From the NCBI GenBank assembly GCA_048267945.1, contig JBLWWO010000001.1:1-50883 (forward strand): a DNA stretch of 50,883 nt, in the 5' to 3' direction. The DNA is from Poseidonibacter sp. (GTDB lineage Bacteria > Campylobacterota > Campylobacteria > Campylobacterales > Arcobacteraceae). Shown here one piece after another: positions 37,685 to 47,532 of the stretch (within the stretch, counting starts at the first letter, position 1; every line of letters starts with the position of its first letter). A program made the position numbers and the translations under genes. The notes beneath the pieces were generated by a model. The model ran no database searches. It had not been told where the DNA came from and saw only the letters and a list, made by a program, of their open reading frames with translations.

Positions 37685-38710
37685 TTATTTTACAAATACT
37701 TGTGCTACATCTTTTGCATATTGAAGCTCAGTTGTAATACCAACACAAGAACAATTGATTTCAGATAAAACATATTTATCACTTCCATCTTCATTGTAAT
37801 CTAAAATATAATCCATAGTCCATAATAATGGGAAGTTCTGTCCACTTAAAAATGGTTTTAAATCTTGTAGACCTTCCATAGTTAAATTTACTACATCTTT
37901 CCACTTTGGATCTTTTGGAGATTCATATTTATATTTAGCTCCTGAAAATAATGTAGCTGAGAATTCACCTTCTTGAGGTTTTTTATGAACAACTGAAATA
38001 GCTTTATCATTTACTAATAAAACTCTAATTTCACCCTCTTTAATTCTCTCTAAATATCTACACCCAACAAAGCCAGTTTTACCTTGGAAATATGCTGCAT
38101 ATTCACTATCTTCTTCAAAGTTCTTCTCAAACTTAGAGATAAACTCATGAATATCATCATAGAAATACTTTTCATTATTTACAGCTTCTGTTGAAATAAT
38201 AGAGCCGTCTTCTTGTTCCCTTACTAAATATACACCCTCTCCTGTTGAGCCATAATTTGTTTTTAGAACTCTAATTCCATGTTTTTTTAAATCATCTGGA
38301 AATTTAGAAGCAAAGTCTGAAAATTTGTGATAGAAGTAAGATTCATCATCACCTAAATTTGTGCCTTTTAATTTGGCTAAGATATCTTTGAAGTCTAAGT
38401 TAATCATAACATCAGGATGAGTATGAATTTCAATTCCAGTATCCCCTAAGGCTTTTAAAAATTGAAAATATTCATCAACTTGTTTCAAGTTACCTGGATT
38501 AATTCTAGAAATTACAGCATGGGCATTTTTCTTCAAATACTCTAATAATTGATATTTTTTATTTGGTTTAAAAAATACAATTTCAGTCCTAAAAGAAGTT
38601 GCTTCTTCAATTGCTCGTAATATTGGTTTAGAATCTGGTCTAAATCCATCAAAACCTTTGTCGCTACCCTTAGCGTACTCAATAATAAAAATCGTTTTTT
38701 CTGTTTTCAT
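37685..38710 (-). CDS. Cj0069-family ATP-grasp protein
   Basis: GSDKG, SRINPG, VLKTNYGSTGEG, EGEIR, WTMDYIL and SEINCSCVG. Confidence 0.8.
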   Translation of the reverse strand: MKTEKTIFIIEYAKGSDKGFDGFRPDSKPILRAIEEATSFRTEIVFFKPNKKYQLLEYLKKNAHAVISRINPGNLKQVDEYFQFLKALGDTGIEIHTHPDVMINLDFKDILAKLKGTNLGDDESYFYHKFSDFASKFPDDLKKHGIRVLKTNYGSTGEGVYLVREQEDGSIISTEAVNNEKYFYDDIHEFISKFEKNFEEDSEYAAYFQGKTGFVGCRYLERIKEGEIRVLLVNDKAISVVHKKPQEGEFSATLFSGAKYKYESPKDPKWKDVVNLTMEGLQDLKPFLSGQNFPLLWTMDYILDYNEDGSDKYVLSEINCSCVGITTELQYAKDVAQVFVK

Positions 38711-38813
38711 TATGTAATCCTATGTTAAAATAAAACATAATAATAAAATTATTTGATTACATAGAAGTTACAATAAAAAGTTTTGTTAAGTTATTATTGA
38801 AAGTTTATTAATT

Positions 38814-39779
38814 CTAAAAAGGTAAATAGATTTTATCTAGTAGTTCTTGGTATTCAGCATTTACATCAGAGTCACAAGTAATTCCACCACCACTTTTGTA
38901 ATACTGTTCTTGTTTTTCATTTTCTTCAATAAATCTAATCATTACAGCAGAATCAAAAGACTTACCATCATATACACCGAATATTCCTGTATAGAAGTCT
39001 CTATCGTAATTTTCACTCTTATGTAGTAATTCACAAGTTTTTTTCTTTGGAGTTCCAGTAATAGAACCAGCAGGAAGCATTTTTGTAATAATTGTTCCTA
39101 TATTTTCACACCAATTATCTTCTAAATGACCAGATATTTTAGAACTTACTTGAAGTAGTTTTTTATCGCCAGCGTTGATTTTATCAATATATCTAAACTT
39201 CTCTACTCTAACTTTAGAAGATACAATACCCAAATCATTTCTTAATAAATCTACAACCATAGTATGTTCAGCCATCTCTTTTACATCACCTAAAATCTTA
39301 GCTTGTGCATTTGGGATTTTACTATCGATTGTACCTTTCATAGGATAGGTATAGATTTTATTTTTTTTGATCTCCACAAATCTCTCAGGAGAGAAACAAA
39401 CAAAATTATCATTATTATTTTTGTATCTTAGTTTGAATTTTGCATTAACCTTTTCATAAATTTCATCAAGGCTAAAATCTGTTTTGATTTTTGTTTTTGC
39501 TGTTAAGTTTAAAAGATATGTATTTCCACTTCTAATCTCTTCTTGTAAAAAATCAAATTTCTTTTTATACTCACTAAAAGTAATAGGAAATTTCTCAACT
39601 GTAGTTTTATGTTTAATTTTAGAAGTAGTTTTTGAATTGATTTCATATTTTATACTCTCAGAAAGTGAAGATAGTTTTTCAATATGGAATTTTGTAAAAT
39701 CGTAAGATACTATAAAGAAAAATGGCTCGTTAGACGAGCCATAATTATTTAATTTCTCTTCAATAAGTTTTTTGTTCAA
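38814..39779 (-). CDS. pabB: Aminodeoxychorismate synthase component I
   Basis: FSPERF, PMKGT, EHTMVVDLLRNDL, PAGSITGTPK and SGGGIT. Confidence 0.92.
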   Translation of the reverse strand: MNKKLIEEKLNNYGSSNEPFFFIVSYDFTKFHIEKLSSLSESIKYEINSKTTSKIKHKTTVEKFPITFSEYKKKFDFLQEEIRSGNTYLLNLTAKTKIKTDFSLDEIYEKVNAKFKLRYKNNNDNFVCFSPERFVEIKKNKIYTYPMKGTIDSKIPNAQAKILGDVKEMAEHTMVVDLLRNDLGIVSSKVRVEKFRYIDKINAGDKKLLQVSSKISGHLEDNWCENIGTIITKMLPAGSITGTPKKKTCELLHKSENYDRDFYTGIFGVYDGKSFDSAVMIRFIEENEKQEQYYKSGGGITCDSDVNAEYQELLDKIYLPF

Positions 39780-39797
39780 GATATTAAATATTTTTTT

Positions 39798-40676
39798 TTA
39801 TTGTTTGATTAATTTTTTAAGTATTGCCATTCTTACAACAACACCGTTTGTAACTTGTTCTAATACTTTATTTCTTGGATCCACTAACATTTCATCAGAA
39901 ATATCAACGTTTCTATTTACAGGACCTGGGTGTAATAATAAAATATTTCTATCTCCAAATGTATCTTTTGTGATACAGTAATCTTTTGCATAATCATTTA
40001 AAGATTGGAAATAAATTTCATTATGTCTTTCAAGTTGTGTTCTTAAACTCATAACAACATCAACTTCATCAATAATTTCTGAAATATTGTCGTATTGTTT
40101 ATGATCATTTGATTCATGTTGGAAACACTCAGGTGCAACAAAACATACTTCCATACCAAATCTTGGAAGAAGTTTTCTATTTGATCCTGCAACTCTTGAA
40201 GTTCTTACATCTCCAACGATTGCAACTTTTTTACCATCAGTTTGACCATCAAAGTGTTCAACAATTGTAAATAAGTCTAATAAAGCTTGTGTAGGGTGTG
40301 CATGTTTACCATCACCTGCGTTGATAATTGGACAATCAACATGATTTACTAATGTTCCAGGTAATCCACAATCACTATGTCTCATAATAATTGCATCAGG
40401 TTTCATTGCATTAATATTTGCAACAGTATCAAAGATAGTTTCACCTTTTGATCTAGATGAAGTTCCTACATCTAAAGATACTATTTCAGCTCCTAATCTT
40501 TTTGCAGCTATTTCAAAGGCACTTCTAGTTCTAGTTGAGTTCTCAAAGAATAGAGTAACAATAATTTTACCTTTTAAAACATCTCTTGTTTTCATATCCA
40601 AAAATTCTCTAGCATCGTTGAAAAGTTCTAAAATTTCATCTTTACTAAAGTCTGCCGTCCTAATTAAGTGCTGCAT
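39798..40676 (-). CDS. pyrB: Aspartate carbamoyltransferase catalytic subunit
   Basis: [19 protein letters not shown] and HPGP. Confidence 0.97.
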   Translation of the reverse strand: MQHLIRTADFSKDEILELFNDAREFLDMKTRDVLKGKIIVTLFFENSTRTRSAFEIAAKRLGAEIVSLDVGTSSRSKGETIFDTVANINAMKPDAIIMRHSDCGLPGTLVNHVDCPIINAGDGKHAHPTQALLDLFTIVEHFDGQTDGKKVAIVGDVRTSRVAGSNRKLLPRFGMEVCFVAPECFQHESNDHKQYDNISEIIDEVDVVMSLRTQLERHNEIYFQSLNDYAKDYCITKDTFGDRNILLLHPGPVNRNVDISDEMLVDPRNKVLEQVTNGVVVRMAILKKLIKQ

Positions 40677-40774
40677 TTTTTCCCTTTAATTTTAGTTTGG
40701 ATTTTAGCAAAAAGCTCTTTAAAATATAGACTTTTTATGTATAATACAAAACTTTATTTTTGGACAATAATTAA

Positions 40775-43108
40775 ATGAAATATCAAATTTTACTACTACC
40801 TATAATTATAATGTTTTTTGCAGCTTGTTCTGTAAAACCCCTAGAACCCGTACAATACCAATTAAACAAAGAAGAAATATCTTTTGTAAATCAAATCAAA
40901 CCTATTTTAGATAACAGATGCGTTTCTTGTCATTCGTGTTACAACTCACCTTGTCAGTTAAAACTATCTTCATATGAAGGCTTAAAAAGAGGTGCTTCAA
41001 AAGAAGATATTTATGCAAATAGATTAAGTGCTAGTGACCCTACTCGACTTTTTGTAGATGCAATAAATGAAAAACAATGGAGAGAAAAAGATTTTTATTC
41101 TGTTACGCAAGATTTAGAAAATAGTAATGAATCCATAATGATGCAGTATCTATTTCAAAAGATGGAAAATCCTGAAATTATAGGAAAATATTCTCCTGAA
41201 AAAGATGAGTTATCTTGTGTACAAGATAAAGATGAATTAGAAGAGTATTTTGAAGATAATCCCCATAAAGGAATGCCCTATGGTTTTCCAGCACTAAAAA
41301 AAGAAGAATATAATCTTTTAATGACTTGGCTTAAACAAGGAGCTAAAAGTGATATTAAAAAAATCAAAACTCCAACAAAAGAAGATTTTTTAATCTCAAA
41401 ATTTGAGAGTTTTTTCAATAAAAAAGATATTAAGTATAAAGTAAGTGCTAGATATATTTATGAACATCTATTTTTAGCCCATATCTCTTTTGATGATGAT
41501 AGTGAAAACTTCTATGAGTTAGTAAGATCAAGAACTCCTAGAGGTCAAAAAGTAGAAGTTATTCCTACACGATTTCCTTATGATGAAATAAAAGAACCTT
41601 TTTATTATAGATTCCAAAAAATCAAATCTACAATAGTTCATAAAACTCATATGGTTTATAAAATGAATGGAAAAAGACTACAACGATATAAAGATCTATT
41701 TATAAAACCAAAATGGGATATACAGCCATACTTAGCAACTTATGATAAAAATGTCGTTGCAAATGCCTTGAAAGTTTTTGAGCAAATTCCTGCAAAAACT
41801 AGATATGAATTTTTATTAGATGATATTCACTATATTATTATGACTTTTATTCGAGGTCCAGTTTGTAAAGGACAAATTGCATTAAATGTAATTCAAGATC
41901 ATTTTTGGGTTATGTTTTTAGATCCAAAATACGATGCTTCATTATTTGATAGATATTTTTTGCATGATAATATTGAAAATTTATCAGTACCAAATCAACT
42001 AGGAGATAATCCAAATATATTAAAAACTTTTAAAATATTAGATAATTATGATTTAGCAAAACAGTACAACAAAAACAAATCTGATGTTTATAAAAAATAT
42101 TATCCAAATGGTTTACCTCTAAAAGCTTTATGGAAAGGTAATAGTTTTGATAAAACTAAAAATGACTCTATGCTTACAATTTATAGACATTTTGATTCAG
42201 CTTCAGTTCATAAAGGCGCATTAGGAGATATTCCTAAAACTCTATGGTTAATTGACTACCCATTATTAGAGAGAATTTATTATTCATTAGTTGCAGGATT
42301 TGATGTATTTGGAAATACTCCACATCAACTACTAGTTCGAAAACATATGGATAGACTTAGAATTGAAGGTGAGAGTAACTTCTTGGAATTTTTACCAAAG
42401 AACAGTAGAAAAGAGTATTTTAATTCTTGGTATCAAGGCTGGTTAGCTTCATATTTAAGTGTATATAATCCAAGTGAATTAAAAAGTAATATCTCTTATA
42501 GCTCTTCTAATTATAAAGAAGAGTTTGTTTATAAAGCTTTTGATTATCTAAAAATCAAAAAAGACCCTATTAATTTTCTAGGAAAAAACTATAAACAAAG
42601 TGAAATAAAAAAAGAGTACAAAACAAAAAAAGAGATAGAAGAAACACTAAAAACACTAACCCTAGCTAATAGCTCAGAGTTTGTTAGGCAATTTACAGAC
42701 TCAGAGTCAAATCTTGGATATTTAAGAATAAAAATGAACAATAAACAAGACTTAGTTTATACGGTTTTAGTAAATAGGTGGCATAAAAATGTTGCTTTAT
42801 TATTTGATGAAGAATCTAGGCTAGATAGTTCAAAAGATAGGTTTAATTTTATTGAAGGATTTGTAGGTTCATACCCAAATGTATTTATTGAAGTTAAACA
42901 AGATGACTTAAGTGATTTTTTTGATTTATTAAAAAACTATCAAGATACACCAAATCATTTACAAAGAATTCTAAAGTACTCAATTAATAGAGCAAATAAA
43001 GATTTCTGGGAAAAGTATGATTGGTTTGATAAAGAGTTTAAAAAACAAGACAAATTAAATTATGGAATATTTGACTTGAATCGTTATATTAGTGACGCTA
43101 TTAATTAA
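40775..43108 (+). CDS. cti: Fatty acid cis/trans isomerase (heme c, probable lipoprotein)
   Basis: FAAC lipobox-like, RCVSCHSCYNSPCQLKL (CxxCH), YIYEHLFLAH, FIRGPVCKGQIAL, YRHFDSASVHKG and GSYPN. Confidence 0.9.
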   Translation: MKYQILLLPIIIMFFAACSVKPLEPVQYQLNKEEISFVNQIKPILDNRCVSCHSCYNSPCQLKLSSYEGLKRGASKEDIYANRLSASDPTRLFVDAINEKQWREKDFYSVTQDLENSNESIMMQYLFQKMENPEIIGKYSPEKDELSCVQDKDELEEYFEDNPHKGMPYGFPALKKEEYNLLMTWLKQGAKSDIKKIKTPTKEDFLISKFESFFNKKDIKYKVSARYIYEHLFLAHISFDDDSENFYELVRSRTPRGQKVEVIPTRFPYDEIKEPFYYRFQKIKSTIVHKTHMVYKMNGKRLQRYKDLFIKPKWDIQPYLATYDKNVVANALKVFEQIPAKTRYEFLLDDIHYIIMTFIRGPVCKGQIALNVIQDHFWVMFLDPKYDASLFDRYFLHDNIENLSVPNQLGDNPNILKTFKILDNYDLAKQYNKNKSDVYKKYYPNGLPLKALWKGNSFDKTKNDSMLTIYRHFDSASVHKGALGDIPKTLWLIDYPLLERIYYSLVAGFDVFGNTPHQLLVRKHMDRLRIEGESNFLEFLPKNSRKEYFNSWYQGWLASYLSVYNPSELKSNISYSSSNYKEEFVYKAFDYLKIKKDPINFLGKNYKQSEIKKEYKTKKEIEETLKTLTLANSSEFVRQFTDSESNLGYLRIKMNNKQDLVYTVLVNRWHKNVALLFDEESRLDSSKDRFNFIEGFVGSYPNVFIEVKQDDLSDFFDLLKNYQDTPNHLQRILKYSINRANKDFWEKYDWFDKEFKKQDKLNYGIFDLNRYISDAIN

Positions 43109-43137
43109 TAGTGGTTAATATAGCGTTTAAATAATTT

Positions 43138-43146
43138 TGATATAAT
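43138..43146 (+). promoter_or_regulatory. Extended -10 promoter of argD
   Basis: TGaTATAAT. Confidence 0.6.
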
Positions 43147-43188
43147 CCCACTTAATATATATAAGTAAAAATATTTTAGGAACACAAT

Positions 43189-44376
43189 ATGATTGAACAA
43201 TTAGATAAAGAATATGTACTACAAACTTACCCAAGAAATTACGTAAATTTCAAAAGAGGAGTTAACGCTACTTTATTTGATGAAAATGAAAAAGACTATA
43301 TTGATTTTACTTCAGGAATTGGAGTTGTATCTGTAGGTCATGGTAATGAAAGTGTTGCAAAAAAGATATATGAGCAAGTAAGTAATATTACTCATATTTC
43401 TAATTTATACGCTATTGAACCTCAAGCAAAACTTGGGGAAAAGATAGCAAAACTTTCAAAAATGGATGTTGCCACATTTTTCGCAAATTCAGGAGCAGAA
43501 GCAAATGAAGGAGCTATTAAATTAGCTAGAAAATATGGAGAAACTAAATTTGATAACAAAAGATATAAAGTTATCACATTAGAGCATTCATTCCATGGAA
43601 GAACAATTACAACAGTAAGAGCTACTGGTCAAGAAGCTATGCATACAGATAATTTCTCACCATATCCAGATGGATTCTCTTATGAAAATGAAATTGCTAA
43701 TATTTATAAATCAATAGATAATGAAACAGTAGCAGTTATGATTGAATTAGTTCAAGGTGAAGGTGGAGTTCAACCTCTTGATAAAAAAGAGGTTCAAGAT
43801 TTAGCAAAATTCTTAAAAGAAAAAGATATTTTATTAATCATTGATGAAGTTCAAACAGGTGCATACAGAACTGGTGAGTTCTTAGCAACTAACCTTTATG
43901 ATATTCAACCAGATATTATCACTATGGCAAAAGGTTTAGGTGGAGGAGTTCCTATTGGAGCTGTTATTACTACACATAAAGACCTATTTACTTATGGTGA
44001 CCATGGTTCTACTTTTGGTGGAAACTACTTAAGTACTGCTGCTTCATTAGAAGTATTAGATATTTTAGAGAGAACTAAAGATTCAGGAGACTTAGATAAA
44101 ACTATTTCATACTTTGAAAATAAAATTGAAACTTTATTCCAAAATAATAAAGAGATTTTCACATCAACAGTTGGAATTGGATTAATGAAAGGTCTTAGAG
44201 TAAAAGATGCTGATACATTAGCTTCAATTCTAAAAGAGTCATTTGAACAAGGTGTTTTATTATTAAGAGCTGGGAAAAATACATTAAGAATGTTACCTGC
44301 TTTAACAATTACAAATGATGAGATTGATGAAGGATTTAAAAGGTTAGAAAATGCACTTTCTAAAATCACTAAGTAG
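43189..44376 (+). CDS. argD: Acetylornithine aminotransferase
   Basis: NSGAEANE, SFHGRT, DEVQTG, AKGLGGG and HGSTFGGN. Confidence 0.92.
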   Translation: MIEQLDKEYVLQTYPRNYVNFKRGVNATLFDENEKDYIDFTSGIGVVSVGHGNESVAKKIYEQVSNITHISNLYAIEPQAKLGEKIAKLSKMDVATFFANSGAEANEGAIKLARKYGETKFDNKRYKVITLEHSFHGRTITTVRATGQEAMHTDNFSPYPDGFSYENEIANIYKSIDNETVAVMIELVQGEGGVQPLDKKEVQDLAKFLKEKDILLIIDEVQTGAYRTGEFLATNLYDIQPDIITMAKGLGGGVPIGAVITTHKDLFTYGDHGSTFGGNYLSTAASLEVLDILERTKDSGDLDKTISYFENKIETLFQNNKEIFTSTVGIGLMKGLRVKDADTLASILKESFEQGVLLLRAGKNTLRMLPALTITNDEIDEGFKRLENALSKITK

Positions 44377-45538
44377 ACTACTTTTAGGTAGTTTACTTCT
44401 CTCAAATCTACAAGCTTCAAACAATTTTGATGAAGAAATATTATCAGATACAAGAAAAAAAACTTTTGATTTAAATGAAAAACAAATCAAAGAAGATAGT
44501 CTTAAACTAAAAAAAGATTGGATAAATCCAATTAATCTACAATACACTAAATATCTTGGTGAAGATTATAAAAATGAGAAATCATTAATTAGTATTAATC
44601 AACCTATTTTTAGAAGTGGTGGAATTTACCAAGCTATTAAATATGCAGATTCTACTTATGATTCATCATCTATTCAAATAGATCAAGAAAAAAAGAAATT
44701 AATAAAAGAGGCTATTAAACTTTTATACTCTATTGAAAAAACAGAATTAAATATCAAAAAAACGAAACTTTCTGTTCTTAATGCAAAAATAGATGTAGAT
44801 AGAAAAAAAGAACAAGTATTAAATGGCTTTTTAGATAGCTCTTTTTTAGATAATGCTTTATTAACTCTAAATGATTCAAAACAATCATTAGTAACACTAA
44901 AATACCAAAAAATTGAATATATCAATAACTTCAATAATATTTCATCTAAGGATTATTCAAAATTTGATTTACCAAAATTTGAATTTTTTAATGAAAAAGA
45001 GTTTATTCAAGAGAATATAGATTTAGCAAAAGCAAAAGCTGATATTACAAAAGATGAAAACTTTAAATACATAACTATTGCAAAATATTTACCAAGTGTA
45101 AATGCATTTTATAATTATTCAAAAAATCATTATACAAATGGTAAACCAGGTCTTGCAAACTCTTATGAACAAGATTTTGGATTAAGTGTAACTGTACCAC
45201 TAGATACTAGAACTTTTAATGATATTGAGAGTAAAAAAATTGAAGCTTTGAAATCTAAACTAGCATATACAAATAAAGTTGAAGATGAAAAGACTTTTTA
45301 TAAGAATCAAGTACAAAAAATAAACATGTTAGAAGAAAGAATAACTATAACAAAGGAAGATTTAGGCCTTTATAACTCTATTTTAACTATTATTAAAGAA
45401 GAAAAAGAAGCACAACTAAAAACACAAAGTGATTTAGATACTCTTCAAAACTCTCAAAAAATCAAATCTTTAGATTTAAAACTATTTGAGATAGACAGAC
45501 AAATGGAATTATTGGAGTTATACGCAAAACTAAAATAG
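44351..45538 (+). CDS. TolC-family outer membrane protein
   Basis: Signal peptide; OEP-like repeats (INQPIFRSGG, YLPSV, GLSVTVPLD). Confidence 0.75.
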   Translation: MHFLKSLSRLLLGSLLLSNLQASNNFDEEILSDTRKKTFDLNEKQIKEDSLKLKKDWINPINLQYTKYLGEDYKNEKSLISINQPIFRSGGIYQAIKYADSTYDSSSIQIDQEKKKLIKEAIKLLYSIEKTELNIKKTKLSVLNAKIDVDRKKEQVLNGFLDSSFLDNALLTLNDSKQSLVTLKYQKIEYINNFNNISSKDYSKFDLPKFEFFNEKEFIQENIDLAKAKADITKDENFKYITIAKYLPSVNAFYNYSKNHYTNGKPGLANSYEQDFGLSVTVPLDTRTFNDIESKKIEALKSKLAYTNKVEDEKTFYKNQVQKINMLEERITITKEDLGLYNSILTIIKEEKEAQLKTQSDLDTLQNSQKIKSLDLKLFEIDRQMELLELYAKLK

Positions 45539-45558
45539 TTCTTAGATAAGGGAAGATA

Positions 45559-47520
45559 ATGCAAGATAATAAAAACTTTACTTTTTGGATTATTTTCCTC
45601 CCTATTGTATCAATTATCTTAACCTCATCAATACTAACTTATAAATTTATATCCTACGAAGAACATGAAGCTCATGAAGAGGCTATTAAACTTGAAAATA
45701 GATTTACTCAAAATGTAAAAAAAAGAATCGAAAATAGAATTAATAGAGTTATTAATCTAATTGAAACAAAAATAGAAATTACAAAAGAAGAAGAAAAAAA
45801 GAATATAAAAAACATAATCAATATTGGTTATAAAACTGTCGAAGAGACATATCTATCAAATAAACATCTGCCTTATAATGAAATTATAAAAATAATCAGT
45901 AAAAGACTTAAAAATCTAAAGTTTTATAGTAATGAAAGTGGATATTTTTTCATATTAAATTTGGATAATCTTGTTTTAATGCATCCACAAAAATCAGAAC
46001 AAAATAAAGTTGTTACAAATCTACAAGATAAAAAAGGGAAATACTTTATTCAAAGTTTTAATAAAATTGCTAGCTCACAAGAGGGAGAAGGTTTTGATTC
46101 ATGGTATTGGAAAAAACCAAATACTAATAAAATTGCAAAAAAAATTGGTTATATAAAAGGATTTAAACCCCTTAACTTATATATTGGTACAGCTAAATAT
46201 GAAGAGGATATAAACGATAAAATCAAAAAAGATGCATTAAAATTAATTAATATTCTGAAGTATGATAAAGATGAATATGTATTTGCTATAAATAAAAATG
46301 GTACAACACTTGCACATATAAACAAAAGTTTTATTAATACTCCCATTGAAAAATTAACAAAAATAGAGCAAAATATTATTAATAATATTATTAAAAAAGC
46401 AGAAGTTAAAGAAGGTGGTTTTATAGAATATATACCTACTAGTCATAATATAACTAAAAACAATTTATCAAAAAAAATATCTTTTGTAAAAACTATTCCT
46501 AGTTTAGATTGGATAGTTGGAACGGGACAATATACAACTACACTACTACAAGAACTTCAAAAAAGAAAAAAAGAGTTACAAGAAGAGTTAAGACATACGA
46601 CTAATGATATCCTTATTATCTCTATTGTTATAACGATGGTTTTGATTGTTATACTAACTTCTATTTCAAGAAATTTAGAATCAAGGTTACGTGATTATGA
46701 ATACCAACTAGCAAATAAGAATCAAAGCTTAAAAGAGTTAAATGAAAGTCTAGAAGAAAAAGTAAAAAAACAATTAATTGAAACACGAGAAAAAGAAGAG
46801 TTATTACATCAACAATCTAAACTAGCTGCAATGGGAGAGATGATTGGTAATATTGCTCATCAATGGAGACAACCTCTCTCAACTATCTCTACTGCAGCCT
46901 CTGGTATAAAAATGCATAAAGAGATGAACCTATTAACAGATCAAGAGATGAATCGATCTCTAGATACAATAGTTCAAAATACAAAAGTTCTATCTCAAAC
47001 TATTGATGACTTTAGAAACTTTTTTAAAAAAGACAAAAAAAATAGTTTTTTTAGAATTAATTTAACTATAGAAAAAGTAATTTCATTACTATCTGCTAGT
47101 TTTACAAATAAAGAGATTATTATTATAAAAAACTTATCAAATGATGAAATATTCAATTTAGAAAATGAATTAACCCAAGCACTATTAAATATAATCAATA
47201 ATGCTAAAGATGCTTTAATGCTAAAAGACATAGAGAATAAATATATTTTTATTACTACATCATTAAAAAATGATAAGTTACATATAGAAATTAAAGATAA
47301 TGCAGGTGGTATTTCCCCTGATATAATGCATAAGATTTTTGAACCTTACTTTACAACAAAATTTAAATCACAAGGTACAGGGATTGGCTTATATATGTCA
47401 AGAACTATTATCGTAAATCATATGAGAGGTAAGCTTAAAGTATCTAATTCTAAGTTTACTTATAATGGAGTGGATTATGAAGGTGCTTGTTTTGATGTTA
47501 TTCTAGATAAAAAGAGTTAA
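45559..47520 (+). CDS. Tandem Cache-domain sensor histidine kinase (orphan)
   Basis: Two sCache_2-like repeats (GYFFI...LMHP...YWKKP...IGTAKY; YVFAI...LAH...IVGTGQY), AHQWRQPL and GTGIGL. Confidence 0.9.
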   Translation: MQDNKNFTFWIIFLPIVSIILTSSILTYKFISYEEHEAHEEAIKLENRFTQNVKKRIENRINRVINLIETKIEITKEEEKKNIKNIINIGYKTVEETYLSNKHLPYNEIIKIISKRLKNLKFYSNESGYFFILNLDNLVLMHPQKSEQNKVVTNLQDKKGKYFIQSFNKIASSQEGEGFDSWYWKKPNTNKIAKKIGYIKGFKPLNLYIGTAKYEEDINDKIKKDALKLINILKYDKDEYVFAINKNGTTLAHINKSFINTPIEKLTKIEQNIINNIIKKAEVKEGGFIEYIPTSHNITKNNLSKKISFVKTIPSLDWIVGTGQYTTTLLQELQKRKKELQEELRHTTNDILIISIVITMVLIVILTSISRNLESRLRDYEYQLANKNQSLKELNESLEEKVKKQLIETREKEELLHQQSKLAAMGEMIGNIAHQWRQPLSTISTAASGIKMHKEMNLLTDQEMNRSLDTIVQNTKVLSQTIDDFRNFFKKDKKNSFFRINLTIEKVISLLSASFTNKEIIIIKNLSNDEIFNLENELTQALLNIINNAKDALMLKDIENKYIFITTSLKNDKLHIEIKDNAGGISPDIMHKIFEPYFTTKFKSQGTGIGLYMSRTIIVNHMRGKLKVSNSKFTYNGVDYEGACFDVILDKKS

Positions 47521-47530
47521 ACTCTTTTTA
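47508..47530. terminator. Bidirectional terminator between kinase and pyk
   Basis: TAAAAAGAGT-taa-ACTCTTTTTA. Confidence 0.65.
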
Positions 47531-47532
47531 TA

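Noticed and set aside
245-47231. Many 60-140 aa ORFs in the track (for example 245-490, 1016-1255, 5889-6134, 25256-25543, 25450-25791, 44025-44453)
   Set aside because: They lie antisense or out of frame within well-supported genes and show no recognisable motifs; treated as shadow ORFs
11588-47520. Similar DNA segments among four kinase genes as repeats or mobile elements
   Set aside because: They encode conserved H-box and G-box motifs of paralogous kinases
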